Positions 17,662 through 30,300 of a stretch of DNA of 64,000 bases are shown here, in pieces (position 1 is the first letter of the stretch; every line of letters starts with the position of its first letter). The notes beneath the pieces are model-generated. The model searched no databases. It was not told where the DNA came from and worked only from the letters and a program-made list of their open reading frames with translations. The position numbers and the translations under genes are program-made. The DNA is from Dimorphilus gyrociliatus (lineage: Eukaryota > Animalia > Annelida): NCBI GenBank assembly GCA_904063045.1, contig CAJFCJ010000007.1, forward strand, positions 1,141,448-1,205,447, given 5' to 3'.

Positions 17662-19284
17662 GACTATTTTACTAGAATTTTACCAGTTTTGATAAAGAGT
17701 TTTGATGTCTGTAATAGAAACAGAGGGAGCAATAATCAATTATAGCGTATAGTTACTTTTTCTTCAGATTGTCTATTATCATCTAAAAAGCTTGCTTCTA
17801 TAAAAAGAATGAGTTGATCAATAGTAATAATTAGATTTAACGACTAGTGGAATAATTTGAAATCGACAAAAAACAGATGAGAAGAGTTAGGATTTATCGA
17901 TTCATAGGCAATAATTGAGATACCCAAGCAAGAATTTGCGGGGAAATGTCAAGCGGCATTTAATATAGTGATACTTAAAACTTATAATATCATAAAAATG
18001 TTGGAAAAACTTGACTCTCGAGCTGTCAATAAAGGTCTCTTACTGAAGTGGTATAAGAATACCTTATTCATAAATGAGGTAGAGGGCGTAACGGTCAATT
18101 AAAAAGAGTTTAGATATACTTTTCCAAAAATCTTTTATTGTTATTTGAAAGGCAAGGTACTCCTATTTCTATACAAACAGATCAATAAACCGTCAATCGT
18201 TTCTAAAAGTAACAACTCTCGTAAATATTTACACATAACTGCTTCAGATTTAGAACTCGGATCAAGTTTCATTTTCTTTTTTTCCCTTTTAAGAAGAAAC
18301 TTGTGAAAATATTGTCGAGTAAACAAATCCTATGGACTAAATCAAAGAGAGTTACTTCTTCAAAGAAAACATCACAGCATCTTTACAGATGGCGCTAATC
18401 TGTTTTTGGTATCAAAAATTAACGTAATTACTTTGTCAAAGTAAAGTGTTTCATCATCTCTCCACCGATATCTATAGGCTGATCTTGTAGATTGTTATCA
18501 ACGCTTGAGAAAACACAAAGCCATTCACTATTACAAACAGTTATCAAACTCCATATGGTCATTACGCAATATTACGGTTTGTCAGACGAGAACTCAAGTG
18601 GCGATGTTAAAAAGGCGGAATTTTTTATCTACTTCAATATAAAATCGTCATATTTTTTTATTAAATAGGCAAACGAATGAAAAAAGGTTTTTAATTTATT
18701 GCCGCCATAAATGTCGTAAATATGCGCTTAGACAGTCGGAATTATTGATGCTATAGGCATATTTTAGATTGAAGAGTGGTCGCATTAAAAATTGGAAGAA
18801 AAAAAATCGTTGAGAGTCAACAATATGGTTTTGACCAGACGTCATTAAGTATATAAGAAATCGATATGCAATAAGAATAATTGATAGCCGCATTCATAAC
18901 TTGTAATGATGGATTGCGTGTGGCATTTTTTCGCGATAAGAATAGAAAGGAACGAAGAAGCGAATCTATGAATAACAATGAGTTTTTTGACAGCATTAAA
19001 TGGACGTTTTGGTGGCGGTATTTCATAGCTTTTCATAGCATCTGTCCTGAAGGCTAAAAGTAGAAAATATTCGCATACAATTATATATGCAGCGCGCTGT
19101 CATTTACGTGTATTATGCGAATAAATTAGATTTTTTTCCTCCTCGGCTCGTCGGTGAACAAACTAAAATCAACAATGTATTTAAATATTCTTTTACTCAA
19201 TACGTTTGTCTTTTGTTTTTTACCAATAAAAAGTCAGACATGCAATGTGTCGTAAATACAGAATATAGACATAGTTACACATAC

Positions 19285-19865
19285 ATAGATAATTGTTTTA
19301 AATACACATATACATATATATATAAACATAAAAACTATGAATATATATATATATATATTTATATATTTATATTTATAATTAACAAATGGTAATAATCTCA
19401 TGGAAGAGGCTGGGGAACACTTTTGGGAGACAAAAGCATGCAATTTACGAGCACCGAATCTCTATATATATATATATATATATATATGCATATACATATA
19501 TATACATATGCATATATACATATATATATATATACATATATATATCTATATACATAAAATTATATGCATTTAATACGCAGATTTATATATATATATATAT
19601 ATATATATATCTTCATATGTTCTTACATAAAATATTTATGTATATTAATTTATATATATATATGCATAAATATACATATATAAATATTCATGTTCATTTC
19701 TATATAGATATATATATATATATAAATACATATACATATCTATATACAAAATATATAAGTATATATGTATGAATACACATATACATATATATATATATAT
19801 ATTGTTATACATATATATGTATATACATATATATTGATAAATATATATGCATATATGTATAATTG
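19285..19865. repeat. Degenerate (TA)n / TATACA low-complexity arrays just 3' of spalt
   Basis: Direct reading; the Y/I-rich ORFs in the track here are repeat artefacts. Confidence 0.9.
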
Positions 19866-19978
19866 ATAGGTAATTACATATAACGGATGTAAGTGTTCGT
19901 GTTCTTCGCATAGAAGCGAAAGTATAACAAAACATAAAAAGGGAACGCTACAAAAAAATTAGAAAAAGAACAACACGC

Positions 19979-22900
19979 CTAAGTCATGACAGGTTTCAAT
20001 TCGGAGCCGGCAGAGGGAGTGATATGTCCGCGAATATGAACTTCTAGTTCGTTGACTGATGCACAAGTTTTATTACACAAGTGGCAACGCGGGGTCCACA
20101 TCCACGGAGCAGCCTGAAAACCGGGGAAAAGGACCGGTGGCGGCAAATGAGACGGTAAAGGAACACTGTGAGAAACGGATGCTGGAGGGGAAGAAGTCGG
20201 TGACGCGGCGGAAGTCGGCGTCTTTTCTCGTGAAGGTGGTGATTTTCGTATACTTAAATCCAGTTCTCCGCCTGGTTCCCTTTTCAAATCCCCTCCATTG
20301 TTGTTGTTGTTTGTACTGATACTGTTGTTGTTATTAACGGCGGGAGACATTTTGGTCGTTTGCTGAATAAGACTAGTTGGCGGCATGGATGTAGGCGGCA
20401 AAAAGCCATTGAAAAAAGGTAAAACGCCCGGATGATGAGCGAGAAAAGGCGGATGGGGCGGTGGTAAAGTAGGAGGTCGTATGTCAACACCACCCGCCTG
20501 AGAAGAGATCGGATCCAATGTCATCCTACGACCTCGACGACTAGGTCCACCAGCATACATATGAGTGCCCATGTGAACTTTGAGGTTGCCTTTGGTTGTG
20601 AACGCCTTTGAACAGACTTCGCACTTGAACGGTTTATCGCCCGTATGCGTTCGATAATGTATCTGCAGAGCGCTTCCACTCGAAAACGGTTTCTGACAAA
20701 TTGTACATACGTGTTTCAAATTCGGTTTCTTGACGAAGGGTGAAGAGTCTGATGATTCCTTCTTAGTCTGACTTGAATTGTTTGGGCTTACTCCGACAAC
20801 GGCAGGTGATGGAGATGAATTCGAAACGGAAACCTGCGCAGCAGCAGTTGTAACCACAGGAGAACTGCTTGTTGCCGCGCTTGACGAAGGAGCTATTCCG
20901 CTACTAACGCTAGACGTCACTGGCGTTGGAGATGATGATGATGAGGCGTCGCTAGCATTAGAATTGGGCGGCATATCTCTGATTTTGTGCGTAAGCATGT
21001 GTTGTTTCATGTTGCCCTTAGTTGTGAAAGATCTCTCACAAACATCGCATTGGAAGGGTCTTTCTTTGGTATGTGACCGGTAATGAATGTCTAAGGCGCT
21101 CTTACAGGCGAACGTCTTATAGCAAATGTTGCATGTAGTATTCGTTCGTCCAGAACCTGGCCTGGGTCCCAAATAAGCCAATCCTCCAAGTAGGTCGCCA
21201 CTCGGCCCCCTATCTTCCCGATTGGCTAAGGAGGCGAGCTCCTCTAATGGACGCTGACTACTAAAAGAATTGGAAGCGTCGATACTCTTTACAGACTCCT
21301 CAAGCGCTTGTAGAGAATAAGAGGCAGCATCGTTTTTATCGTTGTTAACGGAAAAATCATCTTCCGGTTCACTGATTGTACCAGCCATATCGTCGTCGGA
21401 TTCTTCATTGTTACTGGGGTGATGGGGCGGCGTATCTACATCGGCGGGCGGCTTAGATAAATCCAATTCACCGTTCTCACCCGTGCGGACGTTAGAAAGA
21501 GGCAAGGCCGGCGGCATGAAAGGCAAAGGGGGTGGTGGAGTTGGTGGATATATTTGCAGTAACTGATGAGTTTTTACGTGCTGTTGTAATACAATCGAGT
21601 TATTGAACTGTTTATGACAAACCGGGCATGAATGAATCGGAGCGACTAGAGGTTTTCCGCGATGGACGCCCATATGAGTTTTTAAATTGCCTTTCGTCGT
21701 AAAGCGCCGACCACAAATCTTGCATCTGTACGGCCGTTCGCCCGTATGCGTTCTGTAATGCATTTGTAAGGCCGATTTGCAGCTTAACACCCGTTCGCAA
21801 ATGGCGCACTGATTCGGGTCGTCGCTCTTCTTATCGATGTTCTTTACCAACTCTTCCAATTTTGAGGTTTCGCTCGATTTATCTATTTCCATGAATTGTT
21901 CGAGCGAATCTTCGTCGTCCTTCGACGTAGACGATCCACCCCCATTTTTCGTTGAAGCCGAATCGAACGGTAAGGAAGCGGGAAGTGGGTGTACACTAAG
22001 TGCTTGCTCGCAGAGGTGCTCGCCGGCCTTGGGCGAATTAGCGCCGCCGTTAGACGCTGTCAAATCGACGTCCCTTAAGAGCGGCGGAGGTCCCGTAAAT
22101 GAATCCGTTGAATGTTCAGCAACAGGGTATGGGTTCATCTTGATATGCGGGTACTTATCACGATGACGTTGGAAGTGTACCTTTAGGTGAGCTCTTGTTG
22201 CAAAACGACTGCCACATACGTTACACTTGAACGGGCGCACAGAGTCGACAGTGATAGCTATAGGAAAAAAAAATCAAAGTAAATCAAAGGTCAAGTAGGA
22301 AATTAAAACAAATGCAAAAAACTGATTTAAAGTTATCTACCGCGCATACATATATCATTTATATATATATTGTATATAAACTAGGCGCACCGGCTCTCAA
22401 ACACACATAACACTGGCAAAAAGATACCCTCTTAGATAGATACAAAAAAAGAATTGTATATATTTGCTTAATTCGAATAAAATATATTCTCGTCTAGTTT
22501 AAAGAGAAGAGCGAAAAAGAGATAGAGAGAGAGAGAGAGAAAAACAAAATTAAAGATTAAAAGTAAAAAACAATATAAAAAAAAACGAAAATATATATAT
22601 TAAACAAATAGATTTTATAAATTTATATCCTATATAAATATTTCAAATTATATAAAGGTATAGACATTTATGGCGGAAAAATCATAATTAATATATGATT
22701 ATGTAACAACTCTCTCTCTTTCTCTCTGTCTCTCTTTCTCTCTCTCTATATATATATATATATATAACTTTGCTGGCCAAAGTGGTGTACAATTACGCAT
22801 TTATCTATAAAAATTTCTCCTATTTATCATCTTTGGCGTCAAAGTAATTTCTCTTCTTGTCCTTTAGAATACATTAATCATAATTACCTTGCAAGAAATC

Positions 22901-23003
22901 TATATATATATATATATATATATAGATAGATTAATATATTTCAATACCTTTACAAATTTATACATTTTATAAGGTTAAGTGCTTTTACTTATATACATAT
23001 ATA

Positions 23004-23045
<42 letters not shown>

Positions 23046-26000
23046 TAACCCGAACGAGTATAATACACATATATATTCGAAATTAGTCTACGCTTTGGGG
23101 TTTCGTCGCAAAAGCTAATGACGTCCACTAAGACGTCTACGCTTCACTTAGCTCACGATAGCCGAGTGACGCCGACGGCATGGCGAACGGCGTGTTTCTA
23201 TTGGCATTCTAACGCGTGCGTGGCCGTCTCATTTTGGCGTCTATTAGTTTAGTCGGGGATGCTTGTTTTGACGAGCAAGACGGTTCTTATCTACCCGGTC
23301 TGCTCGCTGCACAAATGCCAGATCATATGCGCTTCTTATCTGGCCTCGTACTGACAGAAAGCTCTCTAGCTAGTTGTCCATCATCTCTGCATCTGCGGCT
23401 AATCGACGAATATAAATATATATTTATAGTACATATAGATATTTATGCACTATATCGCTCTGGCATATGCATACTTTTCGTGTTAGAACAATTTATATTG
23501 CGTACTCAAACCGGTAACACTTGGCGGTAAAAGTTATTAAATCAAATATATGCGCGCATATATGTAAATATATACTCTCACTCAAACCGAATTATGAGAC
23601 CTTTGATCGGTATACAGTAAATCGAGAAGGGCAGTGGCGCACCTGTTGTTACATCATTGCATATTATCAACATGCCTGACAGATTGTGTATTCGGTTTCA
23701 GGCGAGCATAATTGAGAATAATAATGAGTTGGACCATACCGCCTAGCTGGTGCTCGTTAGCGCGAGCTCTAACGTAAACAGAAACGGCACCGAAATCCGG
23801 CAGGCGCCGAATAAACAACGACATATCTGCCGGCCAGCCGCGCCGCCAATCATAATCTTACCGTTTTCCGTTAGCTTGTTTTCTTCTAACGACGACGGAG
23901 AATCGCCGTTGATATGCGCCTGTAGCTGTTGCAACATTTGCAGTTGGACAATTTGTTGTTGCTGGAGGGAGAATAAAAAGGATTGGACGGTCTGGAAGTT
24001 TTCTTCCGACTCTTCGTCGTCCTCGTCTAAATCGTCGGCGTCTTCTTCCTCGTCGTCTTTTGGGCATGTCCTTTTGTGCTCTATATAAACGTTGAGATCC
24101 TCGAAACCGGACCGACATCTCGTACAGACGCGCACTTGACCGCTTTCGTCGACGCCTGTAGGCGTTTTCAGAAATTACTCAAAAGTAGGAAAAAAAAAAT
24201 GCTTCGAATATAAAACAAATCTAAAATAAGCTTTGAGAACGAGGGAGAAGGGGCGGAAAAAGATAGAGAGGATGAGGGAAATGATAGGTTGAGATAGTAA
24301 AGGGGTAAAGAGAAGAGCGATTTCGAAGGGCTTCGCAAAATTGCCCATCGCGTCATCGCGCCGTCACTTTAGACATCAAGTAAGGACGACAATAACTGTG
24401 CTTGCTGATGAAATAATATGCAGCTCAGGCGGTCAGCGGCGGCTGCAAACTAGTCGCCTCTCGTTACCGTTCTTCAACACGCCAAACCCCGTGCACGTCG
24501 CCATGGAAACGCGCGCTTTCCCTCGGACGTATCGGCTATAAGTCCCGACAGTTCGACTAACGCCACGTACAATTTGATAAGTATGAATAAAACATGGCCG
24601 CTTGGCCGCTTGACGCCAAATTTCATTAGAGAACGAGAGTACGAATAGGTAAAGAAAGGAGAAAGGAGCAGAAAAAAGGGAATAACAAATATAATGATAG
24701 ATAAGGAGTGGAGGAGGGCGGAGTAATATTGAAAAGCAAAAGGGTAAAGGGGTAAAAACCGATATCCAATGTTGTAAAATGAACATGTAATATAAATATA
24801 TATAGCGCAATCAAAGCATTGATTAATAACGTTCCCGGGCGAATTACGGAACACGCACGGCGAGAGATGACCACCTGGTACCGAGAAATAAAAAGTAAAC
24901 TGAAGTCATTAAAGGTAGGTAGATAGCCAGACTGAGGGAAAATCGAATTCGTCCCCCAACCAAAAAAAAAATTCTCGATGCCCGTTTGCGGGCTTAGCGC
25001 CTTGACATAACGGTCGATGCAGCTAGCTCCAAAAAACCGTCGCTAGATCGATGAATGATATATTTTGTTTGGTGTTCAAATCGTTCCATCTCAACCCCTT
25101 TTCGCCGCGCATGAAATATTCATAAACGCCGTATAAACACACACTCAACGTCGGCAGCGTTCGATTCCGAATGGCGACGACCGCGTGTATGCGATAGGAG
25201 ATAGGCCGTCCCACCGGCCCCTGAACGCTCTCCGGACGCCCGTCCTATCTTGGCAGATGAACGCCGCAATTACCTCTGTCAAACATATGACAAACAATAT
25301 TTAACAGCGTTCGACCGCCGCCGCCGCCGCGGGGCTGCCCTTTTTTTTCTTTTCTCTCTATCTCACTCAAATATTCGCCGTTCATTTATTTCATTCTCCG
25401 ACCCTTTTCCTGTTTATACCCCTCCCACTCCTTTTTCGAATACGCTTTTGATTTATGCCCAATGCCATTAAGGCGAGCCGCTTTTTTGATTATGACCGAG
25501 CATGACACAAATCTGCAGGCAATTTGCATGACAAGAGCAAATGGTGCCGATAGTTATCGACCGGTCCATCTTGAAATACGAGTCGGAGTGTTGGAGAGGC
25601 CATCTTGCGGCCGCTTGACCGCCGTCCATCTTTTCCTTTTTTTCCGATTTCTTCGCCCTAAAAATACAACTAACTACGGCGGCGGCAGCGGCGGCGGTTA
25701 ACAACCAATGTCTTTCTCTTTGCTATCACCCTCTCATATATATATTCTCTCTATCGTTTCCTTTTTTAACTATATATATATATATATATCACTTTACTAA
25801 ATCCATTATTCCTCTATGACATAAATCATAAATTTCGACCTACAATATCGTCTATAAATATAAAGACAACAATAGGAACAATGAAGAAAAAGTCGCGGAT
25901 ACAAAAGAATATTCGAAATATTCCTCCACAAACCGAAAATTTTTTTTCATAAAAATTCATAACGCATCCGTTTTCAGCGTTCAAGCACGCTATTCGAACA

Positions 26001-26423
26001 TTTCCTAATCCATAATAGATCGCGTCGGACGAAGGCGGTGGTGTTGAAGATAGAGAGAGGAAATGAGAGGTAGAGAGAAGACAAGATACACAATATATAG
26101 TTTTAAAAAAAGTTAAAAATAAAAATAAGACATATAAAAAAAAAAACAAAAGTAATAATAATAAAAAAAACAACAGATGAACTTGGTCGACAAAAAAATA
26201 GGGACGATAGACAAATTTGACGTTTAACGCAACAAAACTTGACTGTGGGAAACTTACCGTTAGTGAAAGATGAATTCCTTTCTGCGAATAAATATTCTTC
26301 CTCTTCCTCTAACTCCTCCAAATCCTCATTTACTTCTAACCTATTCGAATTGTCCGCACCAACTGCTGCCGAACCGTCGAATTCCTCCAGGTGACGCGGG
26401 TAACGCTGCTTTCGCCTCGACAT
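19979..26423 (-). CDS. SALL: Spalt-like (SALL) C2H2 zinc-finger transcription factor, 3 exons
   Basis: Exon 1 26423-26258 starts with the NuRD-binding motif [12 protein letters not shown]. Exon 2 24155-23862 has the C2HC finger (CTRCRSGF...EHKRTC) and a Q-rich helix. Exon 3 22257-19979 has SAL-box fingers (FTTKGNLK) and [12 protein letters not shown]. Both introns are phase 1 with canonical GT-AG. Confidence 0.96.
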
Positions 26424-27099
26424 GACGAAGAACGGGAATGCAATGCGGCAGGAGAACTCTCTCAAGTTTTAGGCGGCCAGTCGGCAACGAGCCGTAGTGC
26501 GCATGTGCATATTATGTATATCAATAATGCATAATTATCATAATCAGATTGAAGGCGAGGCTCGCTATTGGTCTGAGGCTCTGAGATGCAGGGAGGTGCA
26601 TATGATCTTATCCGCTCTCCGCAATACACTGACAAAAACTGAAGCTGTTGTAGCGCCCTCTAGCCGCATCTTACGTCATACTCAATATGTTGTCACTACT
26701 CGGACATATATAGTATAGTGTATACTGGTTTTATAAGCGTATTAAAACGAACGAGAGTATTAAAAGAAAAAAAAGTAGGGGGAGGGTGTTCGAGAATAAA
26801 AAATGTACTTTCCCGCGCGAAAAAATAGATCATTTTTCTTAAACATCTGTCATCGTTCGATTGTCATAAAAGCTACAAGATGCAGATGCCGAAGCAGTAT
26901 TCAACGCGATTTACGTTTGTTTTACGGCGGACGGTGTAGAACCTGATATTTCAATTATGTACAACATTTTTTTCCTCTACTGTTTACTTGCTGATTTATG
27001 TCTGATATGAGTTCAAGATGGTCGAATTGCGTGCAAAATATGGAATTGTGTTGGAAGTGGTATAAGAAGTACAGGGAAGAGTGTGTTGTTGTATATGTG

Positions 27100-27360
27100 T
27101 GTGGAATAGTAAGGGAGATGAGTAGGGTCAGGATTGGCGGAGGGGGTAGGGAGAGAGGGGGCAGCAAGGGGGGGGTAGGGAGGAGAGGAGGGGGGTTTAA
27201 AGAAAAAAAAAGGGGGGTAGGGGGGCTTGGGATACAATAAAGAAGGGGTAGAAAAAAAGAGGGGGGGAATGAGATAGAGAAAGAGAGAAGGTTTTCTTGG
27301 ATGATGAGGGGGAGTATACAAATGAGATATCTTGAAAGAGAGTTGAGTGAAGAGGTGATG
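27100..27360 (+). repeat. Polypurine tract with multiple G5-G8 runs
   Basis: Direct reading (ggggg-ta-ggg...ggggg...gggggggg-ta-ggg...), about 0.7-0.9 kb upstream of the spalt ATG. Confidence 0.85.
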
Positions 27361-30300
27361 GAATTAGGTGGTAGGATTAAATTAATAAACTATAAACTTA
27401 TAAATTAATTATTTACTTAAATTAAAAAAAAAAAAGAAAAAAAAACATTGGAATTATTAACTATATAGGTTATTTTCTTTGGCGCGGTTGGCGCGCTTTT
27501 CGGTCGAAAATTTAATTAGCTAGAGCTAGTACTATGCGCTAGCGGCGGTATGTATAACTAATACTAATAGTAAGAAATCGAAGGAATTGAAATAAGAGGG
27601 ATCTGGACTAAGCGATGGGAGGAGGGAATCAATGGTAGTCGAGTCGCAGGTGCGTTTATAGAAGGGCAGCATAATTCTGAGATTTGTGACTCTCCTGAGA
27701 AAATGATGCGCGATTCTATAGCGAGAACAAACTGAAATCGTAGCTTGTTTACATTGGCAGTCGGCGTAGGCTTTAACGGCATTTTATTGGAGGCGGCTTT
27801 CGTAAAAATGCAAACAATAACGACTTGAGGAACGAGTTCATATTCGAAAGTTTTTCTTTTCTCCTTTTCCAATATAATGTATAAATAAAAAAAATACCTA
27901 AAATATACATAAATACTTTCATACGATGGCTGGCTTTTATAATGGTGAAAGTTTGGAAAATATTTAATTCGAATGGAATTTCGCCTCTTACGTAATCGTG
28001 CCGTAGCTCGGTCATATTGGCGTCATATTTAACAATCAGCCTAAATTACGCCGCTTACCGTCCGTTCTTTGTATGGCGAAAAAAATCGCGTAATATTACG
28101 CAATATTCGAAATGCGCGTGTTTTTTTCGCTTTAAAATAAAAAAAAAAAAGAAAAGAATAAAGAATAAAACAAAAGAATAAAAGAATAAAAGAACGAAAG
28201 AAAAGAATGTCGAAGGAGGAGGAAAAAAAAAAAAAAACAAAAAAAAAAAAATTTAATGAGTAAAAAGAAAAAAAAATAGAAAGAAGAAGGACGACGTTTG
28301 GCATTTTATCTATCTGTATGACCTTTCTACTTTTATATATATATATATAATAAATAAATATATATTTATATAAAATTTTACATATTTGCGAATAATATAT
28401 CTATATATATTTAGTATATATCTTTTATAAATTTGTATTTATATATAAATAATATAGACTTGACTTTTTTTCTCTTTTTAGATTGTAGTATTGTAATATT
28501 GAAAGTAAATAGTTTGTGGAGATTTATATATATATATATATCTATATACAAAGTAATTTACTTTGAAAAGTGCATCTATATATATTGAAATTTACGTTTT
28601 GTATAATTATTTAAATAAGGACATATGTACATGAATATACATATATATATATATATGTTTCGATCACTTGTATATATGTATATATTGCAATATATATACA
28701 TTTACGACGCATCTGTCAACTAAAAGGCGACAAGTTTATGCGAGCATTACCCCAAATACGCGCGTATATATGCACGCTGTCGGTCGTCTTTGTTCTGGAC
28801 AGCGGTCACGTCGCAGGTGGCGCTGCCTAAATATAAAAAACATGCCTTTTACCCGTAATATTACGTCATATATTGGGTCGGCTTGTATACGTATATTAGA
28901 TAGTCATCTTAAAAAATTCGGCGTTTAACCGCCTCGAAAAGTCGGAAGGAATCAGCGCTTTTGCCTATCGAACGCTTTATCTCTGATGCATAGCCCCGAA
29001 TATATGTTAAAGTATATGCAGACGGTCTGCAGGGGATAGGGAATGGAATTTTTATGATTCGCCATTACTTATCATGCAAGGCCATCTGTTTCATATCAGC
29101 CATAGTCTGAGATCTGTACTCAATCAAAACACCAATATTTCTGCTTTTATATATTTACGTATAGATTACGCAATTTCTGTCCGAAAATCCGGTTAGCGAG
29201 AGTCGGCTGCGGCATGCTTTGAACATTACTTTTCGAACGCAACTATTACGCAACCCTCCATTCTTTTTCCACCCTCATTAACATGCAAATTCTTTTCCTA
29301 TAATTGGCGCCGCAGACCTCTCTAGCCGACGGCGAAAAGTAGGAAGATGTTGTAAATCAAAACTGAAAAGGCAGGCCGTAAGTTTTGCAGATGTTTGCAG
29401 TTGGTGGAAAATTTTGCAGTGACGCGCTACCGTCAGCAGAAGACGTCAATCATACGCTGCGCTTTATAAAACATGCGTACTAGACGACTATTGGCGGGCG
29501 CCAACTAGTTCATATTCATAATCATATTCATACAGCATAGCGTGGGTGAGGCCTATTCTACTTTATCATCCAATCAAAAAACGCCTTTCGCCGTCCTATT
29601 TCTTTCGTCTTTGTTACGTAATATAGATTAGAATAAATGTATAGGTTTTTCCAAAAGGTTTATACAGAACCGTTAAAACATGCATAGGCCTACAAATTAA
29701 AATAAAAATAAATTTTAAGAATATGTATTAAATAAAAAAAACAGTAATAAAAAGAAGAAAAAACAAGTCTATTAGAAGTTAAAAACATATGTATATTTCG
29801 TAAAAAGCATTTTTTAACCTAAAAATTGTTTTATATATAAATGGCTTCTTCTCCATTCGTCAATCAATCCATATTTCGTTTACCTTCTTTCTTTTATCAC
29901 TTACATTTCTTTTCTTTCTATCTCTTTTGTTGCTTTTCGAAAAAGTACAAATATACACTTTAAATATATATCTATATAAATACATGTATACATCTGTCAG
30001 GAAATATTTATTTAAATATGTATAATGTCTTATTTACTTTACTTTAATATTCCAAAAATACACCTACGTGTGTATGTTTAATTCTATTATACGTGTACAG
30101 TGTATTTATAAGACATAATCAAAGTAAAAATAGAGTATATAGATTGATTTAACAGGATTCAATGAATGACAGGAAAGACAGAAACAATAGTGGGAAGAGT
30201 GAGCGGGAAAATAGGTGGAAAAGGGAGAGAGAATGAAGAGGAAACGAGGCAGAAAAATATGTTCTTGAAACATTATATAAAGATGGTATATATACAAATT

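Noticed and set aside
19087-19935. Y/I-rich ORFs
   Set aside because: Translations of (TA)n low-complexity DNA.
26800-27500. E2F-like TTTSSCGC motifs upstream of spalt
   Set aside because: Short motifs in CpG-rich patches with no independent support.
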